Below, one piece after another: positions 11,995 to 26,900 of a DNA stretch of 64,000 nucleotides. A program made the position numbers and the translations under genes. The stretch's first letter is position 1; each line of letters starts with the position of its first letter. Origin of the DNA: Balanoglossus misakiensis (taxonomy: Eukaryota > Animalia > Hemichordata); NCBI GenBank assembly GCA_040954595.2, contig CM082582.2:12917777-12981776 (forward strand), read 5' to 3'. The notes under the pieces are model-generated. The model was not told the DNA's origin, ran no database searches, and worked only from the letters and a program-made list of their open reading frames with translations.

Positions 11995-14900
11995 AAAACT
12001 TTTCAAAGAACACTCTAACGATATCAGTACAAATACAGGGAACGCTGTACAAACACTGCGAGTGATTAAAACGTGACCTTTGACCCCAAGTAACTTTTGC
12101 CCATAGTCGATGCAGCGCCTGTAATGTTAGCGTCAGCTGATATTTATGGCCATGCTTCGACAGATATAGCTATTGACAGACGTTTTACTTGACGAAATAA
12201 GGTTAGTTGCAGAGACCATTTAGGCGAGAGTATGATTTTTAACCGTGAGCTTTGATGTTTGACCACACGGAAAGGCATTTATGATGGAGACTTCTCTCCA
12301 TCAATTATTAATGAATGTGCAACTAAAGTCCACATTTACAACGGACATGACCGACCTCTATTTTTGTTGTTATTAATTTTAACGAATTAAGAAACACGAA
12401 TATTGCTGATGATTATAAGTAGTCTACTTTATCACTTGTAAGACAATGCTCAACATTTCCTCCGAGTCATTCCGCAGTTGTAACATTTGGCTAAAAATGT
12501 ACATGGGATTATCCTTCTGTATATGTTAGTTTCGACCTGGCATCTTCATGGTTTAGAGGAATTGTCGGCCATTTAGCCACATTTTCCTCTTAAAACAACA
12601 TCACACGAAGTATACCCAACTGCAATGGATAAAATCCCGCAAAGGTGTATCAGGATGTTTTAGTCTAGAACCTAGCCTTCGTGTTTTGTGTGTGAGTGGG
12701 GAAAAGTGAAAAATACGAAGGCTTGCTTCGAGAGCACGTGTAGTATGTTGTCGTGTGCAGACAACATCACCTGGTACGTACGTCTACGTCAATGCAACGT
12801 CGTTCGCATTCTAGGCAACACTACAACTTGTCGCGTTCGGCATAGATTGTTTCTGCTGCACTTTCAATTAAACTTATTCTCCCACGATGACCGTATTTAT
12901 ATTTTATTTTGTTTGTGATTATTATTATTATTATTAATTTTTTGGTATCATCTTTGTATTCTAGTGACGGATCCATGCACCCCAAACCCGTGCCTCAACA
13001 ATGGATTCTGTACCGATATTGGCAACAACAACTTCATGTGCACTTGTGCCGGCTGCTTCTCAGGGACAATTTGTGAAAATGGTAAAACATCATTGTCATT
13101 CCATTTATAAATTATAGACCAGGTCTACAGTTCTCAAAGCTTAAAATGTATAGTCACCCTAAATTTACCTATGCCCATATATGGTTATTAAAGGCTTGTG
13201 ACATGTAAGTTGTGAAAGTCTGTGATTGGCTAGATTTCAACTTTCCATGGTAACTGGTTAAATTTGCATAGGTGACTATATTTCAGCTTGGAAACTGATT
13301 AAATTTGCAGACCTGACTTTTATACCTTTAACAATTGATGGTGTAGGTTTTTTAGTTGAATTAACTAGAAGTGGAACCTACCGGTAATTAATAAGAGATT
13401 CCAAAAGTATCACATCCATGGAAGTTTGGTGCGACATACTATGGAATTTTGAAAAAGTATCACATTTTCAAACTATGTTACTTTTCTTTCTGTATTCTCC
13501 GTGGTGATTTACATAATTCTATCTTCATATCATTACTGAAGACTATGATCAAGGACATGATGGGAAGGAAAGGTGATTTTCATACAGTCATTTTGATAAG
13601 ACTGCTTGCTTTCTGTTTATATTCACAGCCATTATAAACCCATGCAATGCCAATCCATGTCTCAACAATGGAGTGTGTCAGCTGACATCTTGTTCAACCT
13701 ATTCCTGTCAATGTAGTGGGTGCTTCACCGGACCAAACTGCCTGACCCGTAAGTGTACACCAACCCAATCTGATTAAAATCAGATGTAGGGAACGGCGAC
13801 ATGTTTTTTTTTATGCTGTCGCCTCAGGCCTGTAGGCGACAGCATAAAAAAACCATGTCGCCGTTCCCTACATCTGATTTTAATCAGATTGACACCAACC
13901 ATGACTACGACAATTGTCGTAAACCATGGCAACTGCTTCTAGCCTTGGTTTAGCAGACTTTCATTGGAGATCCTGGGGGCTATTGTAGAAAAAGAGCCAA
14001 TCAGAAAAGGCATCTCATAACACCTTTGGCTTGCCACCATGATGGCAATATACCAAGAGTAAACATGCACTGTATTGGAGACAAGTGATTGTCTAATTTG
14101 AATATCATGAATATTTAAATTCTCTTTTAAAATTGCAGTTTCTCATTCAAATCAGCCAGAGCTTTTTATTGGGTAGCATAGTGGAGTACATGTATAAGTA
14201 AAAGCTTTGGCTCTTGAGAATGGACTCTGATATAAATGCAGTTTGTGTGTACTGTAAAACAGGTTATTTTCGCGCGCAAAAAAAACATGAAAATAAAAGG
14301 TCGCAGTTTCAGACGGAATAGGAGAAACCATGGTAGCAAATTAAAAAGCTACATGCAATTTTCATATTGTATACTTGAGTAAACTTTCCCAATTGCCTTT
14401 GAAGGTGTTTCCCATTGAAACATCTATTGGGAAATGGAAAAGGATAATTAATATTACGATGCCTGACTTATGACTAAGCATGAATGAGCGCATGCGTATT
14501 CACTAACTATTACAGCTTGCAGTTCAACCTGTTAAATATTGTCTGAATAAAAGGAAAAGTCTCTGTACTGGTCTAATAGACCCTATAGCAGGATTTTCAA
14601 ACTCCAGTATTGATAGGTGCAACATGTATGTACAGGGCTGGTATCTTTGGGTTGGAGTACCGGTATATATTAAGATACTGTTTAATTTCTGGATCCATGA
14701 TGACTATCACAGTTGTGAAAATGATTGGATGGACAAGTTGTTACATTGTGTCAGTTTTGTTAATTACTTCACTGGTTGTCTCTATAGCTATTGCTGATCC
14801 CTGCTCTCAGAATCCATGTGGCATCCCTAGCGTTAATGGTCTGTGTTCAAGGGATATGATTCAGTGTACAACCTATTCATGTCAGTGTCTTGGGTGCTAT

Positions 14901-17900
14901 ACAGGGCCCAACTGTGCTCAAGGTAAACACCAATCGCACTGGTATTGTTTTAATGGAATTTATAATTTTAAACAGCTCATCTCTGCTGTCCCTAAGTTTA
15001 GTTTTCAGAACAATATACAAACAATATACAGTAGAAATGATTTTTAAACCTATAAGGAATAAAGATTTCCTAAATCGGGTTTTACTGAAATGGACTACCG
15101 TGTAGTCATCAGGGCAGTGATTGTTGTAAACTTAGTACAAGTTGTTTCATCTGTACATCATATGGGGATCAAATCTCTGAAAAAAGTGTGATGGATTTCT
15201 AAGAGGACATCTTCATTTAGATGATAAAAGAGAAACAGTATTGAACTGTGAAAACTGATCTTGCATTGATTGTTTTTTCTGATAGCGTAACTCATTGGTG
15301 AATACATAATATGTCAATTTAAATATTTTACTTCATGTTTGCTTACAACTAGTATCAAATGGCTGCAGCAACACTCCATGTTTGAATGAAGGCCAGTGTA
15401 TTCCTCAATCTAGCAGTTGTTCCTTGTACACATGTCAGTGTAGTGGTTGCTTCACGGGACTAAATTGTGAAATTGGTACGTAAAACAAAATTCATGACCC
15501 TTTCAATTCGTTCTGATTTCTCCTTTGATATTTTCCAAAGAGATCATTTATTTCTCAACACATGGTACACTAAGCTAGCTGACAGAAGCCGACTTATGAC
15601 GTCTACATATTGAAACTTTAACGAATGCTCTCATTTCTAAGGAAAGTACAAAGTTTGTCAAAGTTGACCAACATCCTATAGATACAAAACATAGATATGA
15701 ACAAAGTTGACTGCAGAATTGGAATCTTTATGGCATTACTGAAAGTATTATCATTACAAATGAATTGTACTATTTTCAGCGAGAAACCCGTGTGGTGCAA
15801 ATCCTTGTCAAAATGGTGGAGGTTGTGTGCAGCTTTCTTGTGACCTCTACACCTGTCAGTGTCCTACGTGTTATACTGGACAAAACTGTCAGAATTGTAA
15901 GATTTTATTGTCTTTACTCTCTTGATCTTAGTGTCCGGCTAATATTATTCCCATGCCAAACCCTAAGGCTATTCCCTTGCAATCAGCTGTCATTTAACTA
16001 TTATCTGATATGTTTTGTATGTTACAAAACTGTAGGTACTGTAATGTTGCATAGTTTATGTGTTGATCTGTGCTTGCATAGGTTTTGACTTGTAACAGTA
16101 CCTGTGCACATCTACCCTTCCACATATTACCAAGGCAACAGCACCCTGGATGATATTATCTATCTGCCCTTCCAAATCTTACTTGAACAGTGCAACTGAT
16201 GCTATGGCTTGTGGTACCCATGCCTGCCTTTCCTAGTACTGCTTACCCCAAAACAGATGATTAATTGCAGTAAAATACTTTCCCTCCTGTAGAAGATTAT
16301 TTATCCCGCAAAATCCACTTGCTTTTCCTCTTGCATTACATCTTACCTTGTAGGAGACAGTTCTTTTGGCTAGCACACTTTTCAAACCTATAATGTACTT
16401 TCTCCTACTTTCATGGATCTTAATTGTTTTCTAGTGTCACGAGTGACATGTTTTTACTGTCTGTTTTAGAACTGCATTCTATATGGTGATTCTGTGCATG
16501 GTGAAATAAGACAATAATTGCAAACTAGCTGGCAAAAACAGAACTTACTGGCAGGTCCTTTATTAGAAGAAGTGTAATTGTTTGTGGCAGTTTGTTTTCC
16601 TTGGTGAAAGTTGACCAGGCTTTCCTTAAAGTCCTGTAGTCCTCCTCAGATTTGTCTGATTATGATGATGGCAGCAGCTGACCCTATTTCTTAATCATGA
16701 CATGTTTATGTCTCTCCACAGCCATCAATCCATGTGACAATCATGTCTGTCAAAATAACGCAGTATGCACACAACAGATGAACTCCTGTACGGCATACAC
16801 ATGTCAGTGTGTTGGCTGTTTCCAGGGCACTTACTGTGAAACACGTAAGCCTTATACAACTGTATTCTCTTTATGTTGGCCAACTTAACCTGTTCATGGC
16901 CATATGGTTTGGTCCACATCCATGGCAAAGTTAGACCTCTATAGGAGGGTTGGAAGTGTTAAATGGAATGACAATTATTGAGTCTTTTGTACATGTGTAT
17001 ATTAAGCATTATACACATCAAATACTAAGTGGATTAATTAGTATTTTTATGTACAGATGTATGTACCGGTATATCTACACATCTATCTCAAACTGAATCT
17101 TGTATCAGTTTGAAATGTATGCATACTAGTAATATGAGGAGCCTTTGACTGTTTTGAATATTTTCTTCTCCAAATCATATTAGCTTTGAGCGGCTGCAGC
17201 CCCAACAACCCATGTCAGAATCAAGGGGTATGTAATGCAAGGCCTGGCGGTTCCTGTACTGATTTCACATGTTCCTGTCCAACATGTTTTACTGGAACTT
17301 TTTGTGAACAGAGTGAGTAGAGACTGACCACAGAATGCTGTTGCTGCTCTGTTGCAAAACAATAAAGCTGCTCGCTTGATATTGCCAAGTGGTTGAAGTA
17401 ACTCTGGCTGTTCTCCAGAAGGTTTGCTGTCTGTCTGCTCTTAGCACTCTGCCTCAGAAACTTGCAGAACAGAGCTGCTAAGTTGCAAGCTTATTCGCAA
17501 ATAGCACCTGCCCAGTACATGTATTGCTACAGTGCTACAGACTCGCCTGCCACAAGCAGTGCTCAGTGATTTTATCCCAAATCCTGAGACTATATATACC
17601 ACTGACATATGGCAAACCTGCTTAATACTGTGTTTCTACTTTACATTGAGTAGACTGCACTAGCTTCCAAAATGGTGCAGCATAAAGCAATGATTCTGCA
17701 AACCAGTGCTTATATAAGCATGGCATGTAAGACTAATAACACTGTGATTCCAGGTAATCCAAAATCTTACAACTAAACACTTAACTGAGTCGTAAACTTG
17801 TTTAAGGAGCAATTATGCGCTATGGAATAATTGGTTCCTGACTGAGAACTCTGCCCTCATGCAGCTTGGACACAAAACAGAAGTCACACCACTAAAATCC

Positions 17901-20900
17901 TGCAGGCTTAGCAGCTCATATTGCAAAGCTGCATGCTCGCTTGCAATGCATTAAAATGTTATTATCATTGTTATTTTCTTTAACTGTATTTCTTAGTTGA
18001 AAAGCAGTTATCGTACTAGTAGCAGAAAAATCTTGTGAAGATATTAAGCTCTGTGTATGTCTTTCAAAGTTCAACTTTTGAAAATTTCATACTCCTGTAC
18101 CTCAGAAAAAATGCTGTTGTTCGCTGTGCAGTGATAATGTAATTTAAACTTTATGCTATCATATTGTACTGTTACGTCAGCGTAAGAATTTTGGATGCAG
18201 CTCAGCTCGTTGTTTTATACATGTAACCCAAGTTTGATGTCTTTGTTTTCTAGGTGTTGACCCATGTACCAATCATGCATGTCAGAACAATGCACAGTGT
18301 GAGACTGATCCAACAGATTGCCAGCGCTATGTCTGTAATTGTATTGGTTGCTTTACGGGACAGTATTGTCAAACTGGTATATATCATTTCATATCACTTG
18401 ATTTTCATTTGGCGGGCTAACCCCCTCCCCAAAAACAACAACCTAACTAAACCAACTATTTTGTTGTGATTTTCTTGAATTCAAAATGGGTGTGTCCCGT
18501 CAGAAGAGTGAAAGGCCCAACATTCTCAGTCATCCAAAGAGTGTAATGCCAAAATTCAAAATGGCTCGTCCGTACAAAGGAGCTTACATTGAGAAACAAA
18601 TAAGAAATAGCATTCTTTAGTGTCGTCTGCAGACATACTTTATGGTATTTTCATCACCTCAAAGCATTCAACAAAAGTTAACTAGAAAGATATCATATTC
18701 TGGTAACAGATATTTTTGCTGCTTTTTTATTATTTCACAGAACAAAATGCTTGTACCAATAACCCATGCCAGAACTCCGGAACGTGTTTTCCCAATGGAT
18801 GTTCTTTACATTTCTGTGCCTGTCAGACCTGTTATTCAGGAAATAACTGTGAAATACGTTAGTCTTCATGATTTTTTATGATAAAATAGATTTGTGTCTG
18901 AGCACTCACTAATACACTGTTGTAAGTTGTGCAGTGAAAGTAATTTTTCATGCGCATCTGATGGGGCTAGCACTGGATGAGCAATATATGTTGGTACTGA
19001 GCTGACACTGGGCAAGCACCAAGCTATCACATGGTGTGCACCAAGGTTAAGCATTGGGCTACCACTAGCTTAGCACTTAAGCTGTTAGTGGATTAGCAGT
19101 GAACTATCACTGCACTATTGCCAGTTTAGCATTTGAATGATATTGGATTGAGCAGTGGGCAAGCATATTGAACTAACATTGGGTTAGTACTGGGCTAGCA
19201 ATATGCTGTCATTGTGTTATGGTGCTGGGCTAACACTTGGTCAGCCTTGATCTAGCAGTAGACTATCCCTGGGTAAGCTTTGGGCTTGCTTGGTACATTC
19301 GCAGTGGGTAAATCACTTGGCTGGCTTTGAGCTATGGATTAAAACTTTGTGCTGCACCATTACTTACTAAACACGGGTTGGCACATGGCTATCACTAGTC
19401 CAGTAGGAAACGCTTTCATTATTGAATTCAGTGGTGCGAGTCATAAGGTTAAGGATGGACAGCAGTTGTCTGTCATTGGCTTAATTAATCAGGTTTTCTG
19501 AATAAACAACCCTGTGAATTTTTATGAGCTTCCCAGCACAATTTTGCCTGCACAGAGTGCTATTAAATTAACAATCAAGCTTGTGTGAAATAGTCTCGGA
19601 AAAACACTAAAATATGAACAGCGAACTGTTCCCGTTTGACTGATTTCTGTCAATGGTATTCAGAGTGGTGTACTGAACCCTTCATCTTGAAAGACAATGC
19701 CACTTGACTGCAGATTCTATCATTTTCATCTTCAATCGTCTATAATTGTCATACCTTTATACTTTACAGTTCAAGATCCCTGCTCTAACAACTTCTGTCA
19801 GAACGGTGGACAATGTGTGGGTGTTCCAAATTCATGTACTGCCTACACTTGCACTTGTCCCCCGTGCTTCACTGGGCAGTACTGTCACACAGGTATAACA
19901 TGCAAACTTTTCATCCATACTGCAGACAAAGTTGAAATGTTTTATTCTTTACATTACAATGCATCAGAAAATTCACTTTCATGTTTGTCTGTGTTTCTTC
20001 ATCAATCGATCATGTGGTTTCCGTGATTTCTAGAACTAAACCATTGACTATTTTTTAAGTTAATCTAGTTTACAGGTTCTTACTCTCTGAAACTTTCAAG
20101 GACCTTCTTGAAATTAACCACTATTTCCGGGAACAAAATTACATCTTTTGACATTACTTTCGATAATTTCATTTTATTTTGTATCTCAAAGAAAACATAC
20201 TCTTCTCTAATGTTTACCGTTGAACACAATTAATATCTGAAATGTCGTGTTTCAGCCGTCAACCCTTGTGCTAATAACCTGTGCCAGAATGGAGCTGTCT
20301 GTATTGGGGTGCCTAACCAGTGTGTCCAATATGAATGCCAGTGTTCGGCATGTTATACTGGAACATATTGTGAACAGGGTTCGTAACACTTTCTAATATC
20401 TAGCTACCAGCTTAACAAGCATGGCAGATTTCTACCAACATGACTTATATATTAAAACATTCAGACAAAACAAAGTAACACTAAACAATTCGTCAAAATC
20501 AGTACTGTAGCTTTTACTCTCGGTCTAGATAATCTATCTATGAAATAATGACTAACTAGATAATATCTGTATTTACGTTTCTGTGTGTCTGTTATGACTT
20601 CTAAATTGTCAGCTCTAATGTTATCCAAGAGTCAAATCCGCAAGATACATGTATATGTTACGATTCCATAGCAAACTAAAGATTTTCTCCGGGAGTTGTG
20701 CAAAGTTTATATCATTGTGATATTCCTGTGTTCTGTCGAGATAAATTGCAGTGTAATATGGTGAGAATTAAACCCTGAAGTAGAGAATTTGAAAGCCAGG
20801 CTGTGTGAACAGTGAACAGAATTTTAGCCAAATATAATTCTCTCTCTCTCTCTCTCTCTCTCTTGTTACCTCTCTCCCTCAACAGCTCTAAGTGCATGCA

Positions 20901-23900
20901 CCAATCACATCTGTGAGAACGGTGCTGCTTGCATTCCTGTTCAGAATTCATGCACGCAGTACACTTGTAGCTGTGCGGGCTGTTTCACTGGTCAATACTG
21001 TAACATAGGCAAGTCTAGTGTCTCCAGTTCTTGTCTATTCAGATTTCATGGCAGATGGATTTTCGTACCTCAGAATTTACTATAAAATGGCATTTAATGA
21101 CAGAAGGTGTATGTTTTGTAAAAATAGAGATATACACTTGAGCTTGAACTGTATGCGAGGTACTGGACTCACTTCATAAAGCCATCGTATATTTTGTGAA
21201 CAACTTTTATAGAATGGATATTTTGAACTCACTGTTATCAATAGATTTTGTGTGATATGTGCTTGTCCACAAAATAAATTTGACATATATTGCAGTCCGT
21301 GTCAATTGCTGGGTTTGTAACCTTTTATATAATGTTCTATTTTCAACTCTCTAGCCCTTGACCAGTGCTCACCAAATCCATGCAATGGTGGCACTTGTAT
21401 CAGAACACCAAACTCTTGCAGTTCTTTCATTTGTCAGTGTTCTGGATGCTTCACTGGGCTGAATTGCCAGATACGTAAGTTTTATATCATGACTTTTACC
21501 CTTTCACTGCCATGGTTTAGTCCAAACCCATTGTTTTCTATGGCAAGGTTGGACCTCTATAGAGGGAACTAGGGGTGGAAGGGTTAAGTAAAGGCACTAG
21601 GAAAAGTTCATTTGCCAAGTGTGTTTCAATTGCAAAGATGGCACCACTTGGCAACACCTCCTTGTTTATAAGAGCAAGATAAACTGGAGTTAAAGCTACT
21701 GGGAAAGAGGTGTGAAAAAAGTTTGATATGTCATGAGGACATATATATCTTTAAAAGTTCATATTGTAATGTACATGACTTATTCCATGTAACTTCTTTT
21801 ATGGACTTGACTTTGTTCTATGTGCGTTGTTGGTTTTTTGTTGGTCTGTGTTGTGTTGTGCTGTGCTGTGCTCTGCAGTGCTGTGCTGTAAAGCTTTGTG
21901 TTTGCCATGTACATGTGATATTTAACTTAAGAACTTTGATATTTGTGATTGCAATTATTTTGCTGTGGTAATATTAAGATCAGTCTTAATTTGGGTTTGG
22001 GTGAACATGAGACTCAGTAACATAAAACTTAATGCATACATGTACGAGACAACGTCGCCAAGTTCTTCAAATAGACGAACAGGCGACTGATGGTCAGTCT
22101 CTGTCAACTTTAAATTTTGTACAGGACTATCTGGTGATGTTGGACTTTCTGTAGACTTTAACACAGTTACTGATCCTGTCAGTAATCTCTCTACATATCT
22201 GTACGTTCCATATGCATACATGTACCGGGTAAATGCGTATGACAAGGCGCGCGCCAGACAAAGCAACTGTACAATTTTGCAAAGAACCCTGTAAAGTGTA
22301 AAACTTGATTAACTTTGCTTTCAGCACAAAGCACTCTCTTAATATATACATATCCAATAAGTCTTGTGTGAAGTCTTTTCCACATAGTTCATGCCATAAT
22401 GGCAACTCTGATTAATGTCAGTTTGTTCAGTGGTGATACGATCCTTCTCTGACACTGTTCTTATCACTCACATCTACTCAGTATGTGACAGCTAACAGTG
22501 TTTATTTTCCCATTCTATCCCCTGTTTGAATCAGCAGAATAAAGTGAGAAGAAAAAATAATTTGAAAAATTTGTTTGCAAAAGCACTAGATGCAATGACC
22601 TGCACCATGTAGCCTGGTAAAACACGATATTATCAACAAAGCAGTGATGTACAATCACCAGGAATCAAATTCCTGCGCCTGAACTTTCTTACCTAGCTGA
22701 ACAAGTGCGTGATTCATTCCTTTTCGTACACTAGGAATATAGATTGTAAACTTTTGTTTATGTTTTCTTTTGACAGCGATAGACCCATGTGGTAACCATG
22801 GGTGTCAGAATAATGGTCGTTGTGTAGATGACACCACTCCTGGGGCTGCGTGTGATGCATATATCTGTCAATGTATTGGATGTTACAGTGGAACTTCCTG
22901 TGAAATACGTGAGTTTTGATGTACTCTAAGATAGGCAGTTAGTTAATTGATGTATATGTCTACAAACTTGTCCAAACACTAGTACATGGTATGAGGACTG
23001 TAAGACCAGGTGGTCCATTATTCTTTGATTTTCAAGTAATTTTCAAACAATTGCAATGCGACAGTATACACATGTGGGTAACAGTATACACATATTGACT
23101 GGCCATAAGGGCAACAGCATACGTCTGTAACCCGAGGGATTGTGAGTCAAAATAGTGTTGTGTGTTTATTGCAGTCTCTGATCCATGTGCCGCCAACCCT
23201 TGTATGAATGGAGCAACTTGCTATCCTCTCGGCTGTGCTAGCAGATTCTGTGCGTGCACCCCATGCTATTCAGGGGAAAATTGTCAAACATGTAAGTATA
23301 TTTTAGGAAATTTGTAACTGTCTTTTTGAATCAACAATTTCACTAATATGCTGAAAACATATTCTCTCTCTTGGAGAACCCATATTTCATTCTCTGTTAG
23401 TAAAGACCTGATGTTTTATTTTTCTTCACAGTGAATGACCCATGCGCGAATAGCCCTTGTCAGAACGGAGGCACATGTTCAATTTCACCTGTCAATTGTT
23501 TTGAATTCTCATGTAATTGTCCAGCATGTTACTCAGGACAAAATTGTCAGATAGGTAAGTTGACTTCATTTAAAGTGATCTTACAAGTATTATACAGAAA
23601 AACTTTTTAATTACTATCTTCAACAAGGGACGATGAATTCAAAATGGTGTAGAACTATAGTAATATGACTTTTTCTCCAATCAAAATAATCTGATAATTT
23701 CTTTCTTTCTCTCAAATGACATATGCAGTCTCTCTTTGCATTTTGTAAACTATATATACAGATGGCCACTAACACAGGTTTGACTGTATAACTGATACGC
23801 ATTCAAGCAAATACAATTTTTGAAATTTAAAACCGTTAATGTGTGTATACTTTCACCTTTCAGCTATAAATCCATGCCAGAATAACTTTTGCCAGAATGG

Positions 23901-26900
23901 GGGTGTCTGTGTTGCTGTCTCTGGTTCATGTACCCAGTACACCTGCCAGTGCCCAGTGTGTTATTCCGGAGATTATTGCCAAACTAGTAAGTTTTTCGTT
24001 CATTCATTCATTCATTCATTCATTCATTCATTCATTCATTCATTCATTCATTCATTCATTCATTCATTCATTCATTCATTAATTCATTAATTCATTCATT
24101 CATTCATCCATCCATCCATCAATCCATCCATCCATGCATGCATGCATGCATTCACTCACTCACTCACTCACTCACTCACTCACTCACTCACTCACTCACT
24201 CATTCATTCATCCATTCATTCATTCATTCATTCATTCATTCATTCATTCATTCATCCATCCATCCATCCATTCATTCATTCATTCATGCATGCATGCATG
24301 CATTCACTCACTCACTCACTCACTCACTCATTCATTCATTCATTCATTCATTCATTCATTCTGACAAGCGGCAGCTATACATTCATGTAACAGTGAATAT
24401 AACCCAAGATGATAACGTGATGATTTTTTCCCCTTTTGTACAACAGGGATCAATGCATGTGACAATCACAACTGTCAGAATGCTGGTGCTTGTATACCAG
24501 GCGCCACAGGATGTTCAAGTTATACGTGTGATTGTGCTGGCTGCTTCACAGGCCAGTTCTGTACCATTGGTAAGTCCAGATAGAAAGTTCCTCTGGTCAC
24601 TTTTTTGAGAAAATCAATTGGTTGCTTCATCATGTGGTCGCAGAATGATTTTGAGATATTTAATAATTGTCTTCTGTCCTTTGAAAGTGATTTAAATATC
24701 CATATTTTCATTGCTTAGTTTTCTTCTAATTATACAGCTTACTGATAAAGCATTACTCTTGCTTGCAAACCTGATTACTGGAATTGAATATAATTTGCAA
24801 TTCCTTTGTTTTCAGTTAGAAACCTGTCCAAAGATTTCAAATAAAAGTAGAATTAAAAAAGCCAAAAAAACCCCCAACAAACTGTTGGATCACTATAGTT
24901 TGCTTTCTGGTTTCTTCAGATATTGCTTCTTCAAGATTTTGATTTGGACAGGTTTCATTATTTTAGCACGCTGCTATCATAGATGCTTGCTTCTGCATCT
25001 GCAAAGACATGTTGGATGTAGGATGGTCAAGGTTTTCTTTGTAATTTCATCATCCAGCTGAGTGACATGTACATCCTGCATCCTACATTCACGCTACCCA
25101 GCAAATTTAACTTAACTATTTTTGTTGTGCTGTGCTTGAATTCTTTCCCCAAATGACAGAGCTTGATCCGTGTGGTTCCAACCCATGTCAGAATGATGGC
25201 ATCTGCACTGCTTACTCCTGCACTTTCTACCTCTGCCAATGCCCAAACTGCTACTATGGAACTAATTGTGATATACGTATGTATATGTCATATTATGCGC
25301 ATAACGTCTGGCCATGAGGGTAAACATTCTATAGATATTTGTAGAATTCCATCGCCTAGTGAATTTCTATAGAACTTTATAGAATTTCAAAGAACATCTA
25401 TAGAATTCTATTGCCAAATGAAATTCCATAGAAGTTTATAGAATTTCAATAGATAGCTGTAGTATGAGATGTACTCTGAAATAACCAAGATTCTTCAGTA
25501 TAATTTGTCTGTTCTTATTTAAAGGCTATCCTCTTTGCTTGAATTGCTTCCTCTTGTCTGGCTGAACTTTTTGCAGTGGCGGTAGATCAAAGCCGCCCTT
25601 TCGCTATTTCATACACACTCTAACGATTTTCACTCTCCTTCTCTCTCCACACTTTTTTCTCAATAAACAGTTATGTTTACTTCATGACTTCATGACTCAA
25701 TGCTGTTTTTCCCCCCAAACTGATGCTTTGTGTGATCCAATGTTCTCTAAATCATGACTATAAGCAACCAACTGTGTGCTCAATTCTATCCCACCTGGTG
25801 GTAATATTGTGTTTATTTTTTTCCAACACATACAGTACAAGACCCATGTAGTCAGAATTTCTGTCAGAATAGTGGCACTTGTGTAGGAGTGCCCAATTCA
25901 TGTACACAATACACTTGCCAGTGTACAGAGTGTTTCACAGGAACCTATTGCACTACTCGTAAGTACAATGCATTTGTTCATTTCCATCAATAAAGTGGAT
26001 GAATCTAACATGCTAAGCAATGAAATTATTGTACGTGAGTTGGTATTATTGATGTCAAAGTTTCCAGAAACAGATGAAGATCCAATCATTTCAATCCAGT
26101 GTCTGAATTGTGACTACCTTTAACGAACTTTGACACTTTTTACACACAGGGCGCAATCCGTGTGAAAATAACCAGTGTCAGAACCAAGCTGTATGCATTG
26201 CTTCACAAACCGATTGCTTTCAATATACCTGTCAGTGTGCTGGGTGTTTCACGGGTACATACTGTGAAGTCCGTAAGTATTTTTTGTTCAATATTGTGTC
26301 TGAACTCTGTGAAATGTTTTGTAGTCTCTATATACAGTATTTCTAGGCCATCTGGGCTGACTGAAATGTGATGGAATTCTTTTACTCAATGGGAATTATT
26401 CTCGTTTTATAGCTATAGATCCATGCAGTAATAACCAGTGTCAGAATGGTGGACAGTGTCAGCCGCAAGTTAATTCATGCTCTGCATACACATGTGTTTG
26501 TGCTGGATGTTACACTGGACAGTTCTGTACCCAGAGTAAGTAACAATAGTTCTTCAAAATCTATTTTTGTCAAAATTTCAATTAGCTGTATATTAATTTA
26601 AGTGTTCAATTAGCTGTATATTAAATTAAAGTGTTGCATCGTATATTGAAGGATTTTTTCAAACCCAACATTGCTTGTTTTTTTTCAGGGATAGATCCAT
26701 GTGCCAATCATTTCTGTCAGAATAATGGTGTCTGTGTGGGGGTTGGAGACTCCTGTACACAGTATGAGTGTCAATGTTCAACTTGCTTTACTGGACAGTA
26801 TTGTACAACACGTAAGTAACTATGGTAACTGAGCTGAATGTAGAGATGAGTCAGTGGGTCTTGATATAAAATTCAGTGTCAAGTTTTATGGTTGCGGTGT

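Noticed and set aside
11722-12052. ORFs encoding (SIYL)n
   Set aside because: Translations of the (TAGA)n microsatellite.
23987-24400. ORFs encoding (HSFI/HSLT)n
   Set aside because: Translations of the compound tetranucleotide microsatellite in an intron.
26578-26635. Short local tandem duplications (also about 34950-34990, 50760-50795, 60080-60155)
   Set aside because: Ordinary slippage-type duplications in introns with no evident function.
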